From the NCBI RefSeq assembly GCF_036321535.1, contig NC_087437.1, positions 53,818,001 through 53,882,000 of the forward strand: 64,000 nt of DNA. Reading direction: 5' to 3'. Position numbers and translations under genes: made by a program. Of this stretch, positions 45,570-57,944 are shown piece by piece. Every line of letters starts with the position of its first letter. Within the stretch, counting starts at the first letter, position 1. The notes under the pieces were generated by a model. It worked only from the letters and a program-made list of their open reading frames with translations. It did no database searches and was not told the origin of the DNA. The DNA comes from Camelus dromedarius (lineage: Eukaryota).

Positions 45570-48500
45570 GGAATGTTACAAGTTAGTCTCACTAAAAACA
45601 AAAACAAAAACACCCCCAAAACCCAAAAACCAATTACATGAGTTGAAAAGGAAAAGTACAGGTTGCAATCAGAGCATGTTAACAGTGGCAGGGCAACGCT
45701 GGTAAGGGAGGCCTTCTTTACGAAGCAATGTCTAAGATCCAAGGACAAATAGGACTTAGTTCAGTTAATTGATGGGGAGAAGCATTCGAGTAAGAGATGG
45801 TGTTTCTACAAGGCAGATGCTGGCACTCCTATTTCACAGATGAGCGAACCCAGTCCCAGAAGGACCAGTGCTTTTCCTCAGGTCCAAAGCAACCATCCTG
45901 GTTCTGACTTTTCTGCCAGGAGGGATATCAGAAACCACTGAAATCACATGATGGGACAGAACTTGATGAAATAATTGTGGCTGCAGCTGGACAGAGCACA
46001 AATCAGGCTGAAGCAGGAAAGGAATGAAGCCATAGGTCTAAGGCAGGCTACAGGCAGAAAACGCCACCTGCTTGGTTGGGCAACAGGCCACCTGTGGTCC
46101 TGGGAAGGAAGCCACATCCCAGTGTCCAACACGAATCTTGGATGAGAGTGGGACTCTTTGTGAGGCAGTTGGAGACGTGGTGTGGCATGACCGTAGGAGG
46201 GGTCCAACAGCAAGGGATATTTCGATGATCCCAGCAGATGGTGGAGAGCAAGGCAATCTTTCAGCCAATAGCAGGTCTTCTCCTGTTAGCCTGGAGTTCG
46301 GGGATGGCACCCAGATCATGAGAAAAGTAACACAATGCCCTGCCAGTCAGTGCTGGATGAGCTCAGCAATGCAGCTCCCTCAGAGAACAAGGCGATGCCA
46401 CATCTCAATAGCTCGGGGCTCAGAGGTGAGACTGAAACAGGAGGTTGGAGCCAGTACAGTACCAGGGGGACTTCATGCTGAGGTCCAGAGCTTTGGCTTG
46501 AGGACAGTATCAGTGTTGGAGGCTGTGGGCAGGCTTATTCTGAGGGTGAGAACCAAGTAGTTCCAGGTGTGGGAGGAGCAGGTACGCAGAGACAGGAAGC
46601 AGGCAGGGCCTGACTGTCTGTTCCAGTGGTTCTCAGTGGACGTGAGATTCTAATACCCCCTGAGAATCTACTTCAACTTATCAGGGTTGGGTGAGAGCAC
46701 CTGTATTTTTAAGAAGCTCTGCAGGCAACTCTAGTCTATATTTCTGGTTAAGAATCGCTGAGCTAGACTAAAGCCTTTAGTTTTCAGATGAAGAAACTGA
46801 GGCCTATAGAGAGGTGACTTGCCCAAGGTCCTACAACACACTAGTAGAAACAGGCTAAAACCTTGGCTTCTTCACTCCCAGTCCACAACTCATAGGTTCA
46901 GGTGAGCAATTAACACCAACAGCAGGAGCCACAGCTCTAGAAATGCAGACACCCCTGCCTCTCATATCACCCGATCTTCTCAGGGAGGGATTATTTATGC
47001 TCCGGGTTACAGAAAAGCAAAGAGACGCTGTGCGAAGTGAAACAATTTGCTTGCTCAAGGCCATATAGCTGGGCTGGGCCAGGAACATATTTCCCTTTCC
47101 TAGTCTCCAGATCTTTGTCCTGCTCCAAGCACCCTAATATGAAGCTGGAGTTTAGGCTTTTCTCCCAGGAGGCAAGACCTGACCTTTCTCAACCTGGATG
47201 GTCTAATGGCCTCTAATCCATTTCCTGTGTGTGTGGCCAGCAGGCCCCTAATGGAGTAAAGCTATAAGGCCAAAGGGGAGCCTGGTAATTAGAGGCCTTG
47301 AGGCAGAAGTGACGTTTGGACAACTGGCCAGCTGGCTGCAGTGCATTTGGCACCCCAAGGGCTCCAGAAACCGGCGCCAAAGTGCCAAGCACATCAAACT
47401 CATGTCACCAAGGTCTGCGCTCAGCTGCTCCCTTAGTATTTGCAAAATGTCCTGCCCATACTCTTTCCCTCACATCCTCCCGTGGCCATTTTCAGGAGCA
47501 GATGAGCTGAGGTTACATGCAGCTGATCTCAGACTTGCTGGTTAATTATCTTGGCCTGTAATTAGTGTTTCCTATTCCTTGCTTCTTGCCAACTCCCACA
47601 GTTAATGTATCGTTTCTCTCTCTGCAGACTCCTCTGGGAGGGCTCCGAGGCCCCAGAATGAACATTTCTGGTAGTGGCAGGCCTTTGGAGATGTTCCAGC
47701 TGCTTCCTGTCCCATCACCCCTTGGCATCATCCCTGTTCCCTCCCACCTTAAAGTCTACATCCCTTACCAAGTCTTCAGTTCTCTCCAGAACATTTCTTG
47801 AATGTCTTTGTCTTTCCATCTTTGTGCCTCTGATTTGATCAGACCTCATCATCTTTCATTTGGATCCTACAGTATTTTCTTAATGGGCCTTCCTGTCCTG
47901 GTCCTGCAAATGTCTCTGCTGCAATATAGGAATCTTTCTAAATTGCCAATCAGGCTGTGTGACTCTCCCAACATTTTTTGTTTGGCACATTGTGCCCTGT
48001 GCAGTATGACCTGCCTATTTTTCAACCTCGTCTTTCACATGGTTTTAAATTGAGAACTGCTGTAATTTTCTTCTCTCCTCCCTCCTTTACACATCCCAAC
48101 ACACACACACACTCCATCCATCCATGCTGCTCCATGATCAGGAGGACAGAAACCATGGCAGGAAGCGGATCTGATTGCCTTGGGCAAGCACCCTAAGAAC
48201 CATGATGAGGAAAAGGAGAAGAGACTCGTTCTATGTGGCTTGGAAGATAGGACTAGAAACCATTCAGTTCATTTTAATATTCAGAATAGATAATCGACAG
48301 TTGAAGTTGTTTGGATACAAGGTGGGCTCCCCCAGGAAATAATATGTCACCTAAAGGATTCTGGCAGAGGCTGTCTGTCCAAGATGCCACAGGGGCAATT
48401 CCTGTACTGGGCACAGTATGGGAGTTTTTAGCTCTCAAATGATACTCTAATTCTAAGATTCTGTAAATCTCTGATACAAAAACCACATTAAGCTTTGCTA

Positions 48501-49477
48501 TTTCCACAGACTTTCCTGTTTGGGAAAATCTCTCACCTCTCTGCACATTTGTGTCCGAATCCTCTACATGCACATACACACACTCTCCATATACACCCCT
48601 GACATGGACAATCTCTACTAGACACTTGACCATGCACTGCCTCAAATTGCTTCAAAATGTGCTGAAGGCACATTTTACACTTACTCAACTATAAAAGCTG
48701 GAGAGGGAGGAGAGCGGGAAAATAACTTGAATAACATGGGGATGCCTCCTGGTCTTCCACTCAATAAGCAGAGGCCCCCGGCCAAGCTGAGGCGCAGTGG
48801 GAGGTGAGGGCCTGCCACATCCTCACCGTGTCTCATTCCCTGTGTGCTGCTCAGACTTGTAAGGCATCTGGAATTATACGGCTGTTGAACACAAGCCAGT
48901 TACTGCAGCTGAGGCATCACCAGAAACTAGAAATCAGTTCTAGCTCTAAAAGCCTGACTGGTGGCATTGGACCTAATGAGAGACAGTAAGTCATTTTCTG
49001 TTGTGGGGCCCTCACGAGGAAGTTTTAAAGAGAAATTCTGGTGCTGTTTGATATTCCCTCATATACCAATTTTAGAGGGTGTTGAAGTACAACTCCCCTC
49101 TACAGGGTCTATCACCACTGCTAGTGAGGACCACAGGATGGAAAGGCCCCAGACCTTCTCCCACTCTCATCCCCCAGAGAACTCCAAGAAAGCATGGTGC
49201 TGGGCACCTAGTTATTGAGTGGCTGTCTAGAAAACAAGTTACTTTAGTCTTTCAGGATTGGTGTGGTAGAAGAAACATGAGTCTAATGGTTAGTGACCCA
49301 ACTATGGTCCCTTACCACTTCTGTGATTTTAGGTAAATCTCTTTCTCTCTGTGGGGCTTAGCATCTTTATCTGTGTGTTTGGGGAGGAGTGTGGGGAACA
49401 GTGGGCAGGGGAGAAGAGAATGGATTAAATGATCTCTATTCTTCCTTCCAACATGAATGTGATAGAATTTCTATTTT

Positions 49478-49690
49478 AGAGGTCAGCAAACTTTTTATGT
49501 AAAAGGTAAGATATTTTGGGGCCTGCACAGCACACAGTCTCTGTTGCAGCTACTCGGCACTGCCACTGTTGCATGACAGTAGCAATACTTGAATGAACGA
49601 GCAGCTTTGTTTCAGTAAGACCTTATTTACAAGAACAGGTGGCAAGCTGAGTTTGGTTTGCTGATCCCAGGTTGTGGACTCTTGTTTCAG
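49478..49690. mobile_element. MER58A hAT-Charlie element
   Basis: gaggtcagcaaactttttatgtaaaagg…gtctctgttgcagctactcggcactgccactgttgca…tttatttacaagaacaggtggc. Confidence 0.8.
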
Positions 49691-52600
49691 TCTATTCTGT
49701 CTATTCTCCACATAATAGGACTTTTTAATTCAGTCTGAAGGGAGTGATGGGACTCCATTCTATACTACTCAGTTGCCTATCTCATGAAGAGACTTTCCCA
49801 ACGCTCCTAACTCCTCCTCGGCCAGAGACAAGTGGTTCCAACTCACTGTAAGCCTGTCCTTAGAGTATCTCAGAGTTCTGCTGAACTCAGGGCTAAGAAC
49901 CATATGGCGAAGGAGGTAATAGGAGTTGACCATTTTCACTCTGTCAAAGAAGTCTAGGTTTTTTGAGATTTCCCAAATCATTACAATGAGTGGAAAATTA
50001 AGTCAATAACAGATGTGTTGAATGTATTCAATAACAACATCTGAGAAGAATATATCAAGAGCTGGACACATTGGTCTCCTAAGCTTGGCATCCAGCATTC
50101 TCTTGATCTAGCATCAGTGGCTTTTACATATCCTCAATAACCACCATCAGACATTGTATCAATTCTATCATTTTTAAGCTGTGTGACTTTAAAGAAGCTA
50201 CTCAACCTCTCTGTGGCTCAGTTTTCTCCATCTAATGAAATAATGTGTTTTAAAGAGTTTTGTGTAGCACCTGGCATACAGTACACACTTGATAAATCCC
50301 ATTATTAGTTCCTTGCCCATGAACATTCCTCATACTTCCTGCCTCTGGGCCTTGGCTCACTTCATCCTTGTCCATTTGTATTCTTCCTGTTCCTCATGAT
50401 TGGGTTCAAATACTGATTGTCCAGGAAGAATTCCCTGAGCCTCTTGGTAAGAAATAACCTTCTATGTCCCACTCACCCTTTAACTTTTCTCTACTTCTGC
50501 TTATCAGGGTTATTTCCTACTTTGTCATAGTTTGTTGGCATCTAATATTACAAATATTTTAGGGACAGAACATGTCACCAGTTCTTTTCTGGATTCCCTC
50601 CATGATGCTGAGACAAGTGTCTCAGCGCATAAAGGAATCTTGGTGAGTGTTGGTTGAATTACCGAATTCAGTAAATCAAGAAGAGCCTCAACAGCCAGGT
50701 TTGATTTTCCCTTTCACTTTGCATTGTGATACTCGGTTTCATGGGGATGGGGCTCTGCTGTCACTTTCCAGTGGAAGCTGAACAAGGCTCATTAGCTTCC
50801 AGAATACACTAGATAGGATAACTGACAGAGATGCGACTTGGTCAGGTTTCATTTGAGTATAAGTGGATGGTTTTTCTTGATGGCTTGCATCCTACGAACT
50901 CATCCATTTATACCACATAGAGGCACAGACTGGAGACTTGAAATTCTATGCCTAGGAGGCAGCAGGAGCAGGTGGGCTTGGAGCCTAGGGCTCAAGAGAG
51001 AATTTGTCAACTTTTGTTAATTAAGCCTGGGATCCATCTCTCCCTCAGCCTGCCAGGATGATGACAATGGACTGCAGCTAGTCATTTTACCAGAGAATTC
51101 CCATTGTAATTTTTTTCTGTTATTATAAGTGAGAGAGAAGTCTGTGTGCATTAGCCACATATCGAGGCCATACTTTATCCCAATTTGGAATGCGTATTTG
51201 ATTTTACTTGATTTCATATTTATAAAGTTAAGTTTAACTTCAGGGAAATTGTGGTTCCCAGGCCTATGATATTTCCAAGTACTGGATGAATCACGGACTT
51301 TTAGAAAATTGAAAAGGGTCTTGTAGATTAACGATTCTAATGTCCAATGCATCCATCTCCCCAAATGTCTCTATGTGAGAGCTGTGCAACTTCCTGTGAA
51401 TGCCTCCAGTGACAGGGAGTTTTACTGCTGTATGAGACAGCCCATTTCTTGTTTATTATAACTCAAATTCTTACTGATGTTAATAGTAACATCAGCTTGC
51501 ATTTTCGTGGTAACCAACTTCCAAGAAAGTATCTTTACATTCATAATGTTTGATTTCCACGAAGTTGTTGAGAAGAGGCTTGAGTGCGTTCGTTCCCTTG
51601 CCCTTCCTTCACTGATGAGGAAGAGAGCCTGGCCCTGGGTCTTGTGCAGGGCCTCTGACTCCACACATGAGGTGATTCCACTGTGCCATGAGTTCCCTTT
51701 TAATAACATAACAGTTATTTTTACCTTCAACTTTTAAACAATGGAGTATATTTTCTGAAAATGTAGAGGGAAAAAGAAACACTCTAACTGTGTTTTGAAC
51801 TTCCTCCCTGTCTCAGTACTCCTTTGAGATGGTGTCACCCTGTGGCCAAAGTTTGGGGAAGCAAAGAAGCCTGGTGGAGGTCTCACCTGCCTGACTGCAG
51901 CCTCAGTTTCCAAGGAGGTGATTCAGGCAACCTCCCGGGTTTCGCTTGCAGTGAGCGATGGCTTTCACCTCAGAGGGCATGGAGCAAAGCCCAGGAACAG
52001 CCAGCTTTCCAATTAGTATGCTCTTCACAGCCCCAGGGGGAGTAGGCCCTGTAGGCACCAGCTTTCCTGGGTGGGCTAGTCCTGCTGAGGGTCACTCTCT
52101 TTTTCAGTGCCCCCCTTTTTCTTCTCATGAACCTGATCAAGTTCATGAACCTGATGGCCTTTCTCCTTCTTGAATTCAGGACTCCTAACCTATCTACCCT
52201 TTGCTGTTGATCTATCTGGAAAGGTTCCAGTCAATGCCTTCAAGTCCTCAACAGCCTGATTTAACAGTGTTGAAAGAATCTACACTCGCTGATAGTGCTG
52301 GTAGGTCTAGGCCTGTCTTTGTAAGAAATAAAAATACACACATAACAAAAGAAGAAGAAGGAGGAGAAAGAGGAGGAAAAGGAGGAGAAGAAATAAATAC
52401 TGGAAATTTGAGAGAATGAGAAGCCTAAAGGGAGAGCTATAACATTGACAAATCAAAATAGAGCCTGTTTAAATAGAATAGAGGCAAGAGAGCAAGAAGG
52501 AGAACACTCTGATACAAATTTTCAATGAGATTCAAGAAGATTTTACAAACGAGAAAGCTGATAATAAGAAAACTCAAAAGTCAGGAAAAACAATTTTAAA

Positions 52601-54170
52601 AACAATTTCTGAAATTAAAAGACTATATACATAGGAGTGAAAATATATGGAGGGACTGAAAACTGAATTAATGCTCCAAAAAACAGACTTAAAAATACAC
52701 TCCAGAATATAGAGCAAAAAAGACAAATCAATGAAAATTACTAGTGAAAATAAGAGAAAAATGGTGCAGAAATGCAGGATATATAATTGACAAAGACAAG
52801 CGGCTCTGGAGGAAAAAAGGAAAGAATGAAGAAACAATAATAAAAAATAGAAAATAAAAACTATCTGGAGTTGAAAAAAAAGACCTACATTTTCGGGTTA
52901 AAAGTCACAGAATTATACACACAATTAACAAAAATAATACAAATAGACATTTTCTGGTGAAAAATGTTAACTTCCAGGAACAAGCACATATTACAAGTTT
53001 TTAAGAAGAGACAACAGGTTACTTACAAGGACAAGAGAATTATTTTAACATTAGAGTTCTTATTTGCAACACTGGAAGCTAGAAGATGTTGAGAAATATT
53101 CAAAGAATATCAATGGAAAAGGATGTGATTCCTTGGTTTTCCAACCAAAAACTGCAAGGACTCAAAAAGTATGTGGCTATGGACTTCTTACAAAAGACTT
53201 GAAGAAATATGCCTTCAACATTAAAATGTAATTAGGAAAAAAATCAGATTGGGGAAGATAAAATATATAAGAAAAATACTGATTTTTCAATGACTCCAGT
53301 AAATCTCATCTTCAAGTATAAATCAAGTTTCTTAAAATAGAATACTGAATAAATATTTTAAAAACTCAAAGTAAAAATCCTGGTTATTTTAACAGGCAGA
53401 AAGAGGATAGAGTGAGGGAAAGCATTCTAAGAGTCTCTTCTTCAGGAACTATAAGCATATACAACGTACAAAAATCAAAAGTATTCATATATACCTGCAA
53501 TAAGCCATTAAAACATAAAATTCTCAAAGTATATCATTTATAAGGGCATAACAATATGAAATATCTAGGATAGAATTTAGCAACAGATGTTTAAGGCAAG
53601 TGTAGAATTGTTGAGACATTTAGGAAGACCAAACTAAACAGAGAGTTATAATATACTCATGGACTAGAATAGAAGGCATTTTGTAAATATGACATTTTTT
53701 CTAAGTTGATCTAAATATTCAATACAGTTCCAGTCAAAATCTTAAAGGATTAAGATTGTGTTTCTGATTATGATAATCTTAATGCTTGTCTTGATATGCT
53801 GATTATAAAATATATATGGAAATATGAAGTCAAGCATAGCCAAGGTACTTCTTTTGAAAAAGAAACCAAGGTAGGAAGACATGTTATACAAAATGTAAAG
53901 ACTTATTATAAGGTTACAGTAATTAAAACAGTGTAATGTTAGCACAAGCATATGGCCCAATGGACTAGAACAGAGAGTCCAGAGGCAGACTCCAACATAC
54001 ACGGATGCTTGATATGTGATATAGGTGATAATGAAGAGCAGTAGAGAAAGAACAGTTTTTTCAGTAAATGGTATTAGCTTGACCCATATCTCACAAAATA
54101 TGCAAAAATTAATTCCAAGAAGATCTGAGATCTAAATTTGAAAGACAAATATTTTACAAGATAAAATAGG

Positions 54171-54239
54171 CAAATTTCTTTATACAAATTACACAAATTT
54201 CTTTATACAACAAATTTCTTTATACAACAATTTCTTTAT
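54171..54239. repeat. Local 17-bp tandem repeat, about 4 copies
   Basis: CAAATTTCTTTATACAA at 54171, 54194 and 54211, plus a partial copy at 54228. Confidence 0.9.
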
Positions 54240-56609
54240 CTTTTTCTTTTTTAAAAAGATATGAAGTACAAATTATAAAAAAAACATGAAAAATCTGATA
54301 TTAAAATGAAGGAATTACATTCATCAAAAGACACCGTTGAGAGAGTAAAAATGCAAGCTATAGAGTGGAAGAATATTTTTTCAAGGGGTTCATATCCAAA
54401 ATAAAACTAAAAAACAAATCAATAAGAAAATGGCAGATAATCCAAGAATTAGCAAGAGTCTTGAACAGGCAGTCACAAAAGATGAAAGCCTGTAGAAAAT
54501 TAACATATGAAAAAGCACCCACTTTCAATAGTAACCTCAGAGTTACAAAATTAAAACCACCGGAAGATATCACTATACATTCACCAGAATGATTATAATT
54601 AAAAAGACTAATTATATCTTTTAACAGTGAGAATATGAAGCAATAGAAACTCATATGTGTGGGAGTTATAAATAGGCACAATCCCTTTGTATAAGTTCGG
54701 CAATCCCTACTAAATTTGAACTCACCATGACCCAACGATTCTACTTATTGTTATATAGCCAATGGAAATGTGTGTGCAAGAAACTTGCTCAAGAATGTTC
54801 ATAGAAGCATTATAAAACAGCCCAAACTAGAAATAACCCAAATGTCAGACAACAGTGGAAGAGAAAAATAAATCACTCTGTATTTATACAATGAAATACT
54901 ACACAGCATCATCAACAGCAACCAAAAGCTGTAACTACATAGAACAAGGTGAATGAATCTTTAAAATATAATATTGAGCAAAAGAAGTAAGACATAAGAG
55001 TGTATGAATAATTTTATTTATGTACATTTCAGAAATAGGCAAATCCAAGTGATAGAGTACTGAATATACACTTCAGTGGTTAAAATATGAAGAGAAAGGA
55101 GGCAATTCCTACAAATCAGGATAATGGTAACATTCAAGGGGACGATTGGGCAGAAATGTTGGCTTTTAGGTTTCTGTCAATATTCTACATTTGGATACTT
55201 GAACTGGGTAGTGGTCAGATGAGTGATTCTTTGTCATAATTTATGTTCTCTGCATCTTTTTCTGTATATTTCATAATGAAAATTTAATGTATATCCTTAA
55301 AATGCAAAAAAAGACCACCCAAAACTGGCAGTGTTAATATCAGATAAAGTAAAATCTGAGACCAAGTGTAAAACTGGAGAAAAGAGAATATTTTCCACTT
55401 GATTAAAAACATCAGGACTATACATATGTCACAAACTTTCATGTACCCTAAACAATACATAGCAAAATATACAAAGCACAACTTTCAGAAAATAAAATTT
55501 AATAAAAACATAATTAAAGAGTTTTTTAAACATATCTGTCTTAGCATTTGATTGACCAAATAGGCAAAAAATATGAAAAGGATATAAATGACTTTAATCA
55601 CATAATTAGTAGGATAAACTTACTAGATAATCTGGTACTTGATACCTTATAGAGAATATATATTCTTACATGCCTCCAGAGTTGAAGAAATTCATGATGT
55701 ATTTAGTCACAAAGAAAATCTTGAATAATACACTTCAAAATGTAAAAATCTTACTGACTACAACCTGGGACTATCACACAATTGAACTAGATCCACATAA
55801 AAGGCAGATCAAAACAAAGCCAGAAACCAAACAGAAAATATCCCACAATTTTCTTTAAGAAACTGTAAAAGAAATCAAAACTATACTCTGAGATCAGCTA
55901 AAAATCAACAAAAATGAATGGTACATAGAAAAACTGTGGGCCGGTGCTAACCAGTACTTACAGGACTACTCATAGATTTAAGTGCTTTTACTATTAATCA
56001 AAAAAGGCCAAAAATAACAACCAAGCTTTCCCTTCAAGACAAATAAAATAAAGTAAGTCCCTAGGAATGTGGGCTTTAAAGAAATGAAGAAAGTAAAAAT
56101 ATAAAGCATTAGGAATGAGAAAAGTATAACCACATAAAGAAGCACAGTGAAACACAGAATTCTTTAAGAAAGTTGAAATAATTAAAATTGACTTCCAACA
56201 GGGCACTCTGGCCCTCCCCACCTTGTACATGTGGGCACAGGGACATCAGCGGAAGAGGCCTTTGCTCCCTAGTACCTTCCAGTACTGGGAACTGACTGGG
56301 AAGTTCAGTCCAGGGGGACCTTATCTGGACAACACAGCTCACTATGTTCTTCAGTCCAGCCTTCCCAGTAATACAGGGTATACTGTATTTCATCCTCTCT
56401 AAAGCCCAGTGTTTATTTTTCATTCTGAATATGAACAGAAGGAGGTATAATAATTAGCTTTCCAAGATATTTTAGAGTGTAAATGAAATAAAATTTTCCC
56501 ATATCTTTTTATGAGGCCAACATAGACCTGATACCAAAACATAAAGAGAGCATAAAAAATAAAAATATAGACAATTCTAACTTATGAATGTTATATTAAT
56601 TTTGTCAAC

Positions 56610-57080
56610 TGACTTAAGAGGAAAGAGGAGCTTATGTTTATGTTCATGTTACCCAAAAATATGGAAGTATGTTCTTTGGCATGCTGGAACAAGTACTTAA
56701 AGTTTCCCTTTGTGCTGGTTTCACTCTCCAAGCATACTTCCACCTGGCTGCGGCAAGGTATTTACCAGCAGGTACAAGCTGACATTCTACCAGCTTGGAA
56801 CTCCAGCAGGATAAGAGCATCTCTACTGACAATTACAGTACAAGTCCTGAGAAGAGGTATCATTGGTCTGGCTTGGCTCCAGTGCCCATCACCAAACTGT
56901 CCATTGTGGCCAGGAGATCTGGTGCTCCAGCTGGCCAAAAGTGGATTATGTGTCCACTCCTAGAGCAGAGGTAGAGTTAGCCTGATCTGATCCTCATGGG
57001 CTGTGAGGGAGAAAGCAGTAATTCTCCAAAGGAAAACTGAACCTCTTACTAAGAGAAGGGAGAATGGATTCAGGATAGGA
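56610..57080 (-). mobile_element. MLT1K/L-like LTR inserted in L1
   Basis: caagtcctgagaagagg…attggtctggcttggctccagtgcccatc…ctgtccattgtggccagg…ttctccaaaggaaaactga…ttactaagagaagggagaatggat. Confidence 0.65.
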
Positions 57081-57903
57081 AAAAAAAAAAAAAAAAGACA
57101 AACACATACATAACAAACAAAAAATATAAAACAACAATATCTAATGTAAGATTACTTGTAAAAATCTTAGCAAATCAAATGCAGCTGTATATTAAAGGAA
57201 TAGTATATAGTCAGTAAGAAGAATTTATTCCAGGAGTGTAAGGATGGTTCAGTATTAAGAAGTCCATGAATGCAAACCAGAACATTAATTATTAAAAAAG
57301 AAAAACCATGTGAGGGAAAGGCACTGGACTTGATACAGCATCTATTTCTGGTTAATTGAGTCATTTCTCCAACAAGTATTTCTTAAACACCAACTATGTG
57401 CTAAACACTTTTCTAGTCATTGGATAGAGGAGTGAAAAAAAATGGGCATGACTTCATGCCTTGCAGAAGTTACATATTAGTTACTAAAACTCCATGCAAA
57501 ATAGTAAGAATATGAGCCTATCCTAAATATGTTAAAAAGTATCTGTTAGATACTAACAGCAAAATTTATATTAAATATTGAAGCATTAAAGACATTCCCA
57601 TCCTAGGATTTTTATTCACTTTTCAGGACACAATTTTAATAAGATCTGGAAAGAGCAGATGTCTATACTAGGTTCTTACTTGTCAAGAGTATCTTCCCCC
57701 AATCCCCTGCAAGTGAAAATAACTTGACTAGATAGATTTTTCAGTCTTGAATATTTTCCCTTTAAACTCTGCAAATGTTGCTTCTTTTCTTTTGAAATTT
57801 AATGTTAATGAGAAATTATCTGACGCCAGCCTCATTTTTGTTTCTTTGTAGGTAAGCCATTTCCTCCCACTCTTAATTAATTAAAAGAGTCCTGTAGGAC
57901 TCC

Positions 57904-57944
57904 TTTTTTTTAATTGAAGTACAGTCAGTTACAATATGTCAATT
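57904..57944 (-). mobile_element. Extremely truncated (about 40 nt) young L1 3' tip
   Basis: The reverse complement aattgacatattgtaactgactgtacttcaattaaaaaaaa matches the last bases of the L1 at 34511-34549. Confidence 0.8.

Larger units (their letters stand above)
52430..57605 (+). mobile_element. Nested ancient L1 remnants (ORF1 and ORF2 pieces, with an L1MC-like ORF2 end and 3'UTR at about 53455-55290)
   Basis: caacactggaagctagaaga (ORF1); aagacttattataaggttacagtaattaaaacagtgt and ccaatggactagaacagagagtccaga (ORF2); tatcagataaagtaaaa and atgtaccctaaacaatacatagcaaaatatacaaagca (endonuclease region); tttatgaggccaacatagacctgataccaaaac. Many stop codons. Confidence 0.8.

Noticed and set aside
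46072..46560. 162-aa + strand ORF and overlapping ORFs
   Set aside because: No recognisable domain, composition typical of non-coding sequence and no convincing splice framework.
52125..52155. 13-bp direct repeat TCATGAACCTGAT
   Set aside because: An isolated small duplication with no associated structure.
54171..54239. Short direct repeats resembling a CRISPR array
   Set aside because: Mammalian DNA, 17-bp units with no unique spacers and no cas genes. It is a simple tandem duplication.
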